A DNA stretch of 63,830 nt, the filler included, from Octopus bimaculoides (taxonomy: Eukaryota), in assembly GCF_001194135.2 (NCBI RefSeq). It is 5 parts of 5 records of this genome, joined end to end, with 100 filler letters (N's around TTAATTAATTAA, not from the genome) between each part and the next. Parts side by side here need not be neighbours in the genome. Positions count along the whole stretch, not along the records: positions 1 to 28,085 come from NC_069002.1; 4 more parts are not named here. One strand, written 5' to 3'. The notes under the pieces were generated by a model, which had not been told where the DNA came from, searched no databases, and saw nothing but the letters and a program-made list of their open reading frames with translations. The translations under genes and the position numbers were made by a program. Below, piece after piece: positions 12,888 through 25,599 of the stretch. Position 1 is the first letter of the stretch, and each line of letters begins with the position of its first letter.

Positions 12888-13015
12888 TTTTGTCTGCTGA
12901 TGTAGAATAGTGTTATTATCACAAAGAGCACAACTAGTAACACAAAAGCTATTAATATAAGCACCAGCATGGCATCTCGTATTTCGCTGTCTTCACCTTG
13001 TTGCATATAAGAAGG
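12888..13015 (-). CDS. Internal coding exon encoding a transmembrane helix of a single-pass membrane protein (PSYMQQGEDSEIRDAMLVLILIAFVLLVVLFVIITLFYISRQ-K)
   Basis: Long polypyrimidine tract ending TTTTTCAG acceptor; 128-nt open frame with a ~24-aa hydrophobic run followed by basic stop-transfer residues (SRQK); perfect GTAAGT donor. Starts in phase 0, ends in phase 2. Confidence 0.75.
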
Positions 13016-13129
13016 CTGAAAAATACAGAAAGGACAAAGAGAAAAGTGAGAAATTATGCAAAGTTTAACAAACATTCATAGTTTGGTTTCTCTATCAAAA
13101 CCAACAGTAATACGAAACATAACGGTGAT

Positions 13130-13431
13130 GGTGAAAATGAAGATGATGAGGATAATGATGATGATGATGATGATGATGATAATAATAATAATGATAGTAA
13201 TAATAATAACAACAATAACAACAGCAACAACTATAATACTCAGTCTTTAATTTTTTAGAACGAATCATTGGGAACCTGTGGATAAAAGAAACCATCATCA
13301 TCTGCAAGACCAAACCCCGTATTGATCACAGAACGAAGATACAGCAGCTGATTGGTCAGTATAGCTATGTTCCATGCATTAATAATGTTAACAAAATCAA
13401 CAATGACAACAACCATAACAACAACAACAGC

Positions 13432-13497
<66 letters not shown>

Positions 13498-13500
13498 CGT
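13130..13500. repeat. Trinucleotide tracts (GAT)n, (AAC)n, (AAT)n
   Basis: Direct reading; these produce the spurious poly-M/I/T ORFs. Confidence 0.95.
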
Positions 13501-13660
13501 TTCAAATTCTGGCACAAGGCCAGCAATTTCAGGAGAGGGGAAAGTCGGTTACATCGACCCCACTGGTACTTGTTTTATCGATCCCGAAAGGGTGAAAGGA
13601 CAACATCCGAGGAATTTGAACTCAAAACGTAAAGATGGGCGAAATAGTGCCGGCACAAAC
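13500..13660 (-). mobile_element. SINE family 1 with long (ATA)n tail at 13430-13500
   Basis: Homologous to the 6172 copy. Confidence 0.8.
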
Positions 13661-13825
13661 TAGCCAGCTTTGACTCCATTCATGCGGATGCTCTCACAAC
13701 AATTCGGAGTAGTTTGTTGTATTTGACTCGAGTCAAAAATTCTGGTACCCTGCACCTCTTCTTAGCCTGACACGAAATACATAATACACACACACACGCA
13801 CATATACATACATATGTATACATAC

Positions 13826-13858
<33 letters not shown>

Positions 13859-14499
13859 NNNNNNNNNNNNNNNNNNNNNNNNNNNNNNNNNNNNNNNNNN
13901 NNNNNNNNNNNNNNNNNNNNNNNNNNNNNNNNNNNNNNNNNNNNNNNNNNNNNNNNNNNNNNNNNNNNNNNNNNNNNNNNNNNNNNNNNNNNNNNNNNNN
14001 NNNNNNNNNNNNNNNNNNNNNNNNNNNNNNNNNNNNNNNNNNNNNNNNNNNNNNNNNNNNNNNNNNNNNNNNNNNNNNNNNNNNNNNNNNNNNNNNNNNN
14101 NNNNNNNNNNNNNNNNNNNNNNNNNNNNNNNNNNNNNNNNNNNNNNNNNNNNNNNNNNNNNNNNNNNNNNNNNNNNNNNNNNNNNNNNNNNNNNNNNNNN
14201 NNNNNNNNNNNNNNNNNNNNNNNNNNNNNNNNNNNNNNNNNNNNNNNNNNNNNNNNNNNNNNNNNNNNNNNNNNNNNNNNNNNNNNNNNNNNNNNNNNNN
14301 NNNNNNNNNNNNNNNNNNNNNNNNNNNNNNNNNNNNNNNNNNNNNNNNNNNNNNNNNNNNNNNNNNNNNNNNNNNNNNNNNNNNNNNNNNNNNNNNNNNN
14401 NNNNNNNNNNNNNNNNNNNNNNNNNNNNNNNNNNNNNNNNNNNNNNNNNNNNNNNNNNNNNNNNNNNNNNNNNNNNNNNNNNNNNNNNNNNNNNNNNNA

Positions 14500-14562
14500 T
14501 ATATATGTATATATACATACACATTTATATGTAGTTATATATATATGTGTGTGTGTATGCAC

Positions 14563-14602
<40 letters not shown>

Positions 14603-14650
14603 TACAAACACATACATTTACATATATTTGTGTGTGTGTATGTATGTTTG

Positions 14651-14688
<38 letters not shown>

Positions 14689-15217
14689 CACACACGCACA
14701 CACATACACACGCATATATATGTTTGTGTGTGTGTGTATGTGTATGCGTGTGTGTATGTGTATGTTTGTGTGTTTTTAATGTGTATGTATATTTGCATAA
14801 AGGTACAAACATACATATATACATATACATATATATACACGCAGACATATAACTATATATAAATATTTACATACGTAGCCACTCATGTGTTCGTGTGTGT
14901 GATCGTGCAAGCTTATATATGCATATGCATATATAATATATATACATATGTATATGCATATACATATATGTGTACACACACACATATATATTTGTACATA
15001 CATTTATACATATATACACACATAAATAGCCATATAATTATGAATTCAGAGACAAGTTGAGAGACAGAAAATCATAGTTTCGCGAAAATAAAATATACGA
15101 AAATTCTTTTGGGAACCATAAGTGTTTTGGCAGTGTATTTAGTTAACATACAGACACCTCACGGTAAAAACAACAACAACAACAACAACAGCAACAACAT
15201 CAATACTGATGCTACTG

Positions 15218-15274
<57 letters not shown>

Positions 15275-15290
15275 ATACATACATAACGAA
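14500..15290. repeat. (TA)n/(CA)n/(TG)n and (AAC)n/(CTA)n microsatellite complex
   Basis: Direct reading. Confidence 0.95.
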
Positions 15291-15384
15291 GAGTTATATT
15301 CATAAATGATAACAGTTTGAAAAGTGTATAAGAACTCAGTAATGTAGAGAGGAGCGCTATTTGAATAAATATTTCACTGTGCAT

Positions 15385-15535
15385 GAATGGAAGGCCTCCA
15401 CGACGATGGGGAGACGAGTTAGTTAAACAATATGGGTCAAAATGGAAAAAATGTGCGTTGTCAAGAGAGTATTGGAAGCGCATGGTGACCAGCGGTACAT
15501 AGCATCATGTGACGCTCTGGTCGATACTGCCATGT
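15385..15535 (+). mobile_element. RTE-clade LINE extreme 3' end
   Basis: GRPPRRWGDELVKQYGSKWKKCALSREYWKRM matches GRPPxRWxDDL..W..A.DR..W. Confidence 0.7.
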
Positions 15536-15990
15536 ATATGTNNNNNNNNNNNNNNNNNNNNNNNNNNNNNNNNNNNNNNNNNNNNNNNNNNNNNNNNNNN
15601 NNNNNNNNNNNNNNNNNNNNNNNNNNNNNNNNNNNNNNNNNNNNNNNNNNNNNNNNNNNNNNNNNNNNNNNNNNNNNNNNNNNNNNNNNNNNNNNNNNNN
15701 NNNNNNNNNNNNNNNNNNNNNNNNNNNNNNNNNNNNNNNNNNNNNNNNNNNNNNNNNNNNNNNNNNNNNNNNNNNNNNNNNNNNNNNNNNNNNNNNNNNN
15801 NNNNNNNNNNNNNNNNNNNNNNNNNNNNNNNNNNNNNNNNNNNNNNNNNNNNNNNNNNNNNNNNNNNNNNNNNNNNNNNNNNNNNNNNNNNNNNNNNNNN
15901 NNNNNNNNNNNNNNNNNNNNNNNNNNNNNNNNNNNNNNNNNNNNNNNNNNNNNNNNNNNNNNNNNNNNNNNNNNNNNNNNNNNNNNNNNN

Positions 15991-16021
<31 letters not shown>

Positions 16022-16026
16022 GCAAG

Positions 16027-16077
<51 letters not shown>

Positions 16078-16815
16078 GTATTTATGCTGGACAGCTGAAA
16101 TCTACGAATATATATTATATATATATATATATAAACATACATACACACACATATATGTACACACGTACAAGTATATAAGCTATAATAGATATTTGCATAC
16201 ATACATGCATGCACACATGCATGCATACACGTATACTGACATAAATTTAACTTGTAACACCTCCAGACGATGTCCTGTGACCACGCTGGAGCACCCTCAT
16301 CAGGTATATATATATATATAACTGATGACGTTAGTTCTTTGGCAAGTGTGCGATATATATATATATGTATATAGATATATATATATATATATATTGAGAG
16401 AGAGAGAGAGAGAGAGAGTAAGGTGTATGTAGAATGGGAAGATGAAAAAAGAAAGGCAGAGAAAAAGAGAGTTAGTGAAAGCGATAGAAATTTATACAGA
16501 AATACCAAGAAAAAATAGTTAGATAGAGAGAAAAGATGTAAGACTTTATAAAGGTGTGTATATGATGGTCAATGTATGTGCGTGTGTGTGTGTGTGTTGG
16601 GGAGAGAGAGATAGAGAGAGTAAGAGAGAGAGAGAGCAAAAAAGAAAGGGAAAAGAAGACATAAAAAAAATCGAATCGTTTCTAGTTAATGATTCGTATA
16701 AAATTTAGTGTAAAATTATTGCTAGTTAATGGCACGTGTAAATCAATACGGCGTGTTGTACCAAGTGTTAAAGATACAGTAACGTAGTGATATAGTAATA
16801 CAGTAATATGTATGC

Positions 16816-16854
<39 letters not shown>

Positions 16855-16992
16855 CACAAGCACACGCACACCCACACCCAAACACCCCCCCATATACACA
16901 CACACACACACTTATATATTTGTAAACTGATATTGGCTGTTTCAAGTAGCGTGTCCATCTTACATCGCTAGTTCTTTGGTAAGGTAAGTGTG

Positions 16993-17077
<85 letters not shown>

Positions 17078-17720
17078 CGTGCGTGCGTGTGAGTATGTGT
17101 GTGTGTATGTGAGTGTGTGTGTATGTATATATTTATATAAACAAATACAAGTTTACATATACATATATGTATATATATATATATATGTACAGACATACAT
17201 ACACACACACACACATACAAACACACACATTTTGTACATGACTGCGCTATATTGGCAAAGTAACAAATGTCACATGTTGCGGTATGCAGATGCATATTTC
17301 AACGTCTTTGTTTCAAATTCTGTCGAGGACTGTGACTCTAAACTTTCATCCGGGTGGCATCATAACTTTTTTCTACACGAAGGTCTTGGTCTTAGGTCTT
17401 GGTTGGGTACCAAGGTAGGACATTTCCAGAGAAGCACTCATCCGAGTTCAGGATTTCAGACCAATACCGAAATTCTTCAAGTGTAGAAAATCCTGGTTTC
17501 GCGACGGTAACACCATTGTGTAGGTTCAATGGTGATTCACTCGAAAAAGCCTTACGTAATCGACCAACACAACGAAATATTTCAAAGTCCATGTGAACAG
17601 ATAAAAAGACAAAACCTTGTTTTTTGAGGTGAAAATGTCGTAGTAAGGAATTACAGAATTATCGTAAAGTTTTCGCAATTGAAAGGTTACGTGTGATTGT
17701 TCCGGAATATTTTACAATTC

Positions 17721-17757
<37 letters not shown>

Positions 17758-17759
<2 letters not shown>

Positions 17760-18018
17760 AGGTGTTCAAAAAGTTACTCCGCAGTAAGTATTACATTGCA
17801 AAATAAATATTTATAAGATAGTATAAGTCTAAAAAAAGAATATATTGGACTTTACAAGACTTTAAAAAACTTAAAAAGATGTGTTGAAAGTGTCGTCCTT
17901 CATTTTCAATACACAAGTTGATTCTTCTCCACATGTTTTGAAATACATCTTGGAGAGTCTGACTCCTGGAGAATCAGGATGAAAAAATTCACTGCCGAGA
18001 GACATTCTGAACACCCTG
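17758..18018. mobile_element. ~260-bp Tc1/mariner-type MITE
   Basis: TA-CAAGGTGTTCAAAA ... TTCTGAACACCCTG-TA imperfect TIRs, with a (TA)n tract on the left. Confidence 0.65.
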
Positions 18019-18142
18019 TATATGCTATGTCAAGAATATTGGTTTTAGAATCAGTTTGACAGACGTTGATCCAAACACATCATTCATAGTATAGAAAGCA
18101 AACGCACATACAGTCACGCTCATGCACACACACGTAAATGTA

Positions 18143-18199
<57 letters not shown>

Positions 18200-18270
18200 G
18201 CTTGTCTGTCTGTCTGTGTACATAGAATGTACTTGTATATCCATTGTACGTAATATATGTGTACACCGCA

Positions 18271-18314
<44 letters not shown>

Positions 18315-18441
18315 CACGCACACACACATACACACACACACATACACACACACACAAAGAGATGTATAAAATATTAAGAAATATATCCGTGCCACATAAG
18401 ATTAAGAGCTTAATTGATAATTATCTGTTAATCAATATACT

Positions 18442-18479
<38 letters not shown>

Positions 18480-18513
18480 ATAAATCCAGTGGAAGATGCA
18501 TATATATTACATA

Positions 18514-18598
<85 letters not shown>

Positions 18599-20047
18599 TT
18601 ATCTATCTATCTATTTATCCTTTAAGTGCTTAATTATAGATGTAAAGCTGGTTAATGCGAGAGCGCAAGGCTGGGTGTATATTTCAGGTTGTGATATGAT
18701 ATCTGGAAAGTGATGCTACGAGGCGTAGATAAATAAATTACATATTTTTCGTATTAAAAAAATTGTAATCTTTACGTGTTTCAAAGGAAATTCGTAACAA
18801 GAACAGAAAATTTCTCGCTGTAACCGTGATTACGCCTATGTTGTAAGGTGGATTGAACCAAATTATGTGTTGTTTCAGATTCTACTATTTTGTAGTGGAC
18901 GTTCTTCATATATTATTTTCTCACTAAAGTTACTTCTTGATTGTTAAAACAGGAGTAGAATGGTTGAAAATAACTTTGACTGTGGATGTGTGGAAAATTC
19001 TGTCATGATAACGATGAGATTCTTAATGATAGCTGAATGATAGAGGGAATTCTTATGTGTCTATATTATAAATATATATATATGTATATATGTATATATA
19101 NNNNNNNNNNNNNNNNNNNNNNNNNNNNNNNNNNNNNNNNNNNNNNNNNNNNNNNNNNNNNNNNNNNNNNNNNNNNNNNNNNNNNNNNNNNNNNNNNNNN
19201 NNNNNNNNNNNNNNNNNNNNNNNNNNNNNNNNNNNNNNNNNNNNNNNNNNNNNNNNNNNNNNNNNNNNNNNNNNNNNNNNNNNNNNNNNNNNNNNNNNNN
19301 NNNNNNNNNNNNNNNNNNNNNNNNNNNNNNNNNNNNNNNNNNNNNNNNNNNNNNNNNNNNNNNNNNNNNNNNNNNNNNNNNNNNNNNNNNNNNNNNNNNN
19401 NNNNNNNNNNNNNNNNNNNNNNNNNNNNNNNNNNNNNNNNNNNNNNNNNNNNNNNNNNNNNNNNNNNNNNNNNNNNNNNNNNNNNNNNNNNNNNNNNNNN
19501 NNNNNNNNNNNNNNNNNNNNNNNNNNNNNNNNNNNNNNNNNNNNNNNNNNNNNNNNNNNNNNNNNNNNNNNNNNNNNNNNNNNNNNNNNNNNNNNNNNNN
19601 NNNNNNNNNNNNNNNNNNNNNNNNNNNNNNNNNNNNNNNNNNNNNNNNNNNNNNNNNNNNNNNNNNNNNNNNNNNNNNNNNNNNNNNNNNNNNNNNNNNN
19701 NNNNNNNNNNNNNNNNNNNNNNNNNNNNNNNNNNNNNNNNNNNNNNNNNNNNNNNNNNNNNNNNNNNNNNNNNNNNNNNNNNNNNNNNNNNNNNNNNNNN
19801 NNNNNNNNNNNNNNNNNNNNNNNNNNNNNNNNNNNNNNNNNNNNNNNNNTATATGAGTGTATGTGTGTGTGTGTATGTGTGTGTGTGTATATATATATAT
19901 CTATGTGTGTACCTTTGTGTTTGTTGAGCTTGACAACCGGTGTTAGTTTGTTTACGTCCCCAAAACGTTCGGCATAAGATATGTCGTATAAATATCAGGC
20001 CTCAAAAAAGTACAGAGGTTGATTCCTTCGATAGATAAAAGTATCTG

Positions 20048-20083
<36 letters not shown>

Positions 20084-20155
20084 ATTCTCTCTCTCTGTCT
20101 CTTTCTTACCCCCTAGACCGTTTTGTATTTTCTCTCCCTGTTTATTTCTGTGTTC

Positions 20156-20191
20156 CTTTCTGTTGAAGAGCGTAGGCTCGAAACGTAAAAG
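20156..20191 (+). ncRNA. Second copy of the CUGUUGA hammerhead-like motif
   Basis: CUUU-CUGUUGA-A-GAGC(GUAG)GCUC-GAAA-CG-UA-AAAG. Confidence 0.5.
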
Positions 20192-20546
20192 ACTTTCTCA
20201 CTTCCCGAGCGTTAAACTAATACATCTGTTTGTTGTTTACACACCCGTCTTCGTCTTTTCTTTATTTGTAAATTCTCACTATTTTTATATATACATATTA
20301 CTTGTTTATATAAAATATCTTGAAGCCAAGAGCAAGAGAGACAGCAAGTCTGAAGAGCATTGTATATAAGCTAAATATAACAATGAGATGAGCTATAGAT
20401 AAGCGAAAACGGAGTTTCTTTGCTAAAACAATAGAATTATTTTGCGGTGGGACTGAGCCTCAAAGCTACATGCTTACAATGCAAGCCTCTTAACCACACA
20501 GCCATGCTTCTTAACACCTCTCCTACATACTTAACAAAAATATTTG

Positions 20547-20619
20547 CGACCACGACGAGATTCGAACTCGCAATCTTCTGATTCGAAGTCAGACGCCTTA
20601 TCCGTTAGGCTACGCGGCC
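20547..20619 (-). tRNA. trnR-TCG: tRNA-Arg (anticodon TCG), intact 73-nt gene
   Basis: Minus strand GGCCGCGTAGCCTAACGGATAAGGCGTCTGACTTCGAATCAGAAGATTGCGAGTTCGAATCTCGTCGTGGTCG folds as a cloverleaf: 7-bp acceptor stem, anticodon arm TCTGA-CTTCGAA-TCAGA, GTTCGAATC T-loop/B box. A TTTTT Pol III terminator follows 6 nt downstream. Confidence 0.96.
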
Positions 20620-21419
20620 AATCAGTAACCTGGTTTCTTTTTAAATGATAATAAATCTGACTTATATAGAAATTGACGGCAGCGAAATAATGGCCGAGTC
20701 ATTAGCTTTGGGGTATTTGGGTGTTTGTCCCAATTCTCTGATTTCTGACTTCAAATATCGCCGGGGCCAACTTTGCTCTTCATCATCTCGGGGCCGATAA
20801 TATGAAGTGCCAATCCCGAGAAGGGAATTGGCAGTACTGTTAAAGGCTCGGAGGCAGTACTGGCCCCAACTCTGGGGCACAATACTGGCCCCCTATTTGT
20901 AACGACTCTTTATGGACCAAAAACTGTAGTCGTTCTCTTGGAAAGGGAGAGTAGTTGCCGAAACAGCGAGTCACCTCGCTTCCTTGAATTGAGATAGGGG
21001 ATCTGTATACTCGGACACCTGCCTAGTCTTCCTAAAAATGTTGCTGCCGCTTCTGTTGTTGTTTAGACCTAGGGCAATCCCTGTTCCAGCAGGGATCGAG
21101 CTCACCCTAGCAGTGCTTGTTTCATTCTATTTCCTTAGCAAGCCTAAATCAACAACGACCAGCATCTACACACCGTATCTCTCCAGCCCCTGTATATACA
21201 TAGTACCGCTCCAATCATTGCCAATGCATTGTCTATAGAGCCAACATCTACATACTGTACCTGCTTTGTCATCTTTCTTATTTTTAAGACAGTGGATATA
21301 TGTGGTTTCAGAAAGATTTGGCTGCTATTTCTAGCTGATCGTACTGTCTCGTAGATGCTGCCTGTAAGTGGATGCTAAGTGGTGCGGCTGTCGATCACTC
21401 ACATGACCGTTTGTAATGG

Positions 21420-21787
21420 TTCGTGGTGTGTAGGTGTTTCTCTGTATGTTGTGGTGTTTGTGTGTGTGTGCGTAGGTGTTTGTTTGTGTGTGTGTGTGAT
21501 GGTGCGTGTGTGAGTGTGCGCTTATGTGCATGTGCATGTGTGTGTATGTGTGATGATGTGTGTGGGTGGGGGGATGGTGTGTGTGTGTGTATGCAAGCGA
21601 TGATGTGTTTGTGCGATGATGTATGTGTGCGCGCGTGTGTGCATGCGAGCGATGATGTGTACGTGCGTGTGTGTGTCGGCGATGGTATCTGTGTGTGTGT
21701 GTGCGATGGTGTGCGATGATGTGTGTGTGTGTAGGAGTCATGGTGTGTGTGTGTGTATGCGAGCGATGATGTGTGTGCGCGATGAGG

Positions 21788-21821
<34 letters not shown>

Positions 21822-21870
21822 TGGTATGTGTGTGTGTGCGATGGTATGTGTGTGTGTGTGTGTGTACGAG
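21420..21870. repeat. Complex (TG)n-GCGATGA minisatellite
   Basis: Recurrent GCGATGATGTGTGTG / GCGATGGTATGTG units. Confidence 0.9.
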
Positions 21871-23574
21871 CGCACGTATGAATAACAACCCCGCTTTATG
21901 TATATATTCCTCAAGTGGGAGGTCTTTTTGCTTTGATCTTCAGGGATTTCCAAGACTAATTCTTTATATCAGGTTCAATCCTCATGGAATCAGAACTGCT
22001 GCAAAAATATTTATACCTTGGCTGCTTTGTTCAGCGAAAAACTAACGCAATAAGGTAATTAAATTCCTTTACCATAAAAGACGTATTTTTAAAATGGAAG
22101 ATCTCAGAGAGATTCATTGAATCTCATTAATATGTTCTAGACCGTTCTCGTTTAATTAAAATATAACACCAAAAACAAAAGAAAAAGGAGGGAGAGAGAG
22201 AAAGATAGCGAGAAAGAGAGAGAGAAAAAGAGAGAGAGAGAGAGAGATTCTGTCTATATCTGTTTATATGATTAAATATGTCAAATAATGGGAATGGATG
22301 ACTATTTTATAGACGTTGATTGGATAAATATAGCTTGTACCTGTTAATTAAATGCAGACGTTTAGTCTGTCGAAGTCTGGAGAGAGATAGAGCGAAGATG
22401 TTAATCGGATGGAAACAATGTGTAGAGGTTGGCTGGAGAGAAATTGCGTGTAGATGCTGAGTAAACACTTACGTATATAGATACATATGTATGTATATAC
22501 GTTTGTGTGTGTGTGTATATGTATGTATATATATATGTATATATATATATATATATATATNNNNNNNNNNNNNNNNNNNNNNNNNNNNNNNNNNNNNNNN
22601 NNNNNNNNNNNNNNNNNNNNNNNNNNNNNNNNNNNNNNNNNNNNNNNNNNNNNNNNNNNNNNNNNNNNNNNNNNNNNNNNNNNNNNNNNNNNNNNNNNNN
22701 NNNNNNNNNNNNNNNNNNNNNNNNNNNNNNNNNNNNNNNNNNNNNNNNNNNNNNNNNNNNNNNNNNNNNNNNNNNNNNNNNNNNNNNNNNNNNNNNNNNN
22801 NNNNNNNNNNNNNNNNNNNNNNNNNNNNNNNNNNNNNNNNNNNNNNNNNNNNNNNNNNNNNNNNNNNNNNNNNNNNNNNNNNNNNNNNNNNNNNNNNNNN
22901 NNNNNNNNNNNNNNNNNNNNNNNNNNNNNNNNNNNNNNNNNNNNNNNNNNNNNNNNNNNNNNNNNNNNNNNNNNNNNNNNNNNNNNNNNNNNNNNNNNNN
23001 NNNNNNNNNNNNNNNNNNNNNNNNNNNNNNNNNNNNNNNNNNNNNNNNNNNNNNNNNNNNNNNNNNNNNNNNNNNNNNNNNNNNNNNNNNNNNNNNNNNN
23101 NNNNNNNNNNNNNNNNNNNNNNNNNNNNNNNNNNNNNNNNNNNNNNNNNNNNNNNNNNNNNNNNNNNNNNNNNNNNNNNNNNNNNNNNNNNNNNNNNNNN
23201 NNNNNNNNNNNNNNNNNNNNNNNNNNNNNNNNNNNNNNNNNNNNNNNNNNNNNNNNNNNNNNNNNNNNNNNNNNNNNNNNNNNNNNNNNNNNNNNNNNNN
23301 NNNNNNNNNNNNNNNNNNNNNNNNNNNNNNNNNNNNNNNNNNNNNNNNNNNNNNNNNNNNNNNNNNNNNNNNNNNNNNNNNNNNNNNNNNNNNNNNNNNN
23401 NNNNNNNNNNNNNNNNNNNNNATATATATATATATATATAAATACAAAATGGGACAAGAACGCAAAACATCCAGATAGACGATACAAAGAAAACAAGGAC
23501 GGGTCATTCGGCGTTTTCTTTCCTCAGTCGAGTTCCAGATTATCTTTGCAATTTCGGCTGGTTATACTACGACA

Positions 23575-23812
23575 GCCTTCTTTCAGTTTCTGTCTACCAA
23601 ATCTACTCACAAGGCTTTGGTCGGCCCGAGGCTATAGTAGAAGGCACTTGCCCAAGGTGCCAAGCAGTGGGACTAAACCTGGAACCATGTGGTTGGGAAG
23701 TAAACAACTTACTACACAGCCACTCATATGTATACACACACACACACACACACATATATGTATGTATATATACATACATATATATATACACACACACATA
23801 TATTTATATGTA

Positions 23813-23851
<39 letters not shown>

Positions 23852-24050
23852 ACACACACATATATGTACAGTATATATAGGCGCAGGCGTGGCTGTGTGG
23901 TAAGAAGTTGGCTTACCAACCACATGGTTCCGGGTTCAGTCCTATTGTGTGGCACCTTGGGCAAGTGTCTTCTATTACAGCGTCGGGCCGACCAAATCCT
24001 TGTGAGTGGATGTGGTAGACGGAAACGAGAAGAAACACGTTGTGTGTGTG
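23575..24050. mobile_element. Two head-to-head family 2 SINE 5' halves (23575-23725 minus; 23878-24050 plus)
   Basis: Both carry the CORE-like CCTTGGGCAAGTG motif and are separated by microsatellites. Confidence 0.85.
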
Positions 24051-25599
24051 TTAAGGCTTCATTTCCACACACGCCAGCTTAATTTAATTCGTCCTTAGTC
24101 GAAAGACACCTGTTGTTAATGTCCTGTTATTTGCATTTGCATTTGCATTCGTGTACCATTTCTCCGTTTTTTCCCGTCCTTGTTTTCGTATACATTCACT
24201 GATCTCTTCCAAGGAATCTAATGCTCTTAGCTTAGTTTTGCCATGTGGCTAGCTAGATTGGAGCAATCTGGAGTATAACCAGCCGAAATTGCAAAGATAA
24301 TCTGGAACTCGACTGAGGAAAGAAAACTGCGAATGACCCGTCCTTGTTTTTTCCTTGTTCCTTTTTTGTATCATCTAACTGTCTGGATGTTTTGTTGTTC
24401 CTTTTTTGTATTCCTTCATATATATATATATNNNNNNNNNNNNNNNNNNNNNNNNNNNNNNNNNNNNNNNNNNNNNNNNNNNNNNNNNNNNNNNNNNNNN
24501 NNNNNNNNNNNNNNNNNNNNNNNNNNNNNNNNNNNNNNNNNNNNNNNNNNNNNNNNNNNNNNNNNNNNNNNNNNNNNNNNNNNNNNNNNNNNNNNNNNNN
24601 NNNNNNNNNNNNNNNNNNNNNNNNNNNNNNNNNNNNNNNNNNNNNNNNNNNNNNNNNNNNNNNNNNNNNNNNNNNNNNNNNNNNNNNNNNNNNNNNNNNN
24701 NNNNNNNNNNNNNNNNNNNNNNNNNNNNNNNNNNNNNNNNNNNNNNNNNNNNNNNNNNNNNNNNNNNNNNNNNNNNNNNNNNNNNNNNNNNNNNNNNNNN
24801 NNNNNNNNNNNNNNNNNNNNNNNNNNNNNNNNNNNNNNNNNNNNNNNNNNNNNNNNNNNNNNNNNNNNNNNNNNNNNNNNNNNNNNNNNNNNNNNNNNNN
24901 NNNNNNNNNNNNNNNNNNNNNNNNNNNNNNNNTATATATATATATATATATATATGTGTGTATGTGTATGTGTATGTGTGTATGTGTGTGTGTTTGTGTG
25001 AGTGTGTGTGAGTGTGTGTGAGAGTGAGTTTGTCTCCCCATCATCGTTTGACAACCGCTGTTGGTGTGCCGGCTCAAAATTCGATCATGCGACTAAAATA
25101 CTACCAAATATAAGCACGCATGCGCAGATGGCACTGTGACAACTAGACAGATTCATCATGTAGACGTTGATTGTATATACGCAGCGTGTAGATGTTAACT
25201 TGATAGATACGCTGTCAATGTTGATTGGTTACAGCGTGTAGATTTTGATTGGATAGATACGGTGTGTGGACGTTGAATACATAGACGTAATATGTAGATA
25301 TTCACTGGACATATACCATTTGTATAATATTATCGACCGCACACACTCAGCGTCTTGCTTGTTCGTCAGTTCGCTGCGGGCTAGCGCTTTGAGGACGACT
25401 CCTTCAAAGCACTGGATGTTAAAACACCTGAAAGTCATGGACAGGTGAGACAAATCCCCAGCCATCATCATCAGCCAAGTGCCCCACGCCCTGTGTCCAG
25501 TGGTTGGCTTCACAAGACTTTCCAGTTCCGTCTGCGTTGTGCTTCCTGCAGGCAATCAGCCAGGTTATTGTTTTCAGTCCATTATTTGATACTTTTTTT

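Noticed and set aside
20888-21250. Possible solo LTR starting TGTAACGAC
   Set aside because: No matching 3' CA terminus with a TSD could be identified.
21943-22054. Plus-strand segment with good acceptor and donor
   Set aside because: Stop codons in all three frames; at most a non-coding exon.
10164-24082. Long ORFs (200-530 aa) in the supplied track
   Set aside because: They span N gaps and (TA)n/(CA)n/(TATG)n tracts; the YIYI, CVCV and HTHT peptides are microsatellite translations.
24313-24345. CTGAGGA..GAA..GTC motif in repeat A
   Set aside because: GAAA is broken and helices I and II do not form.
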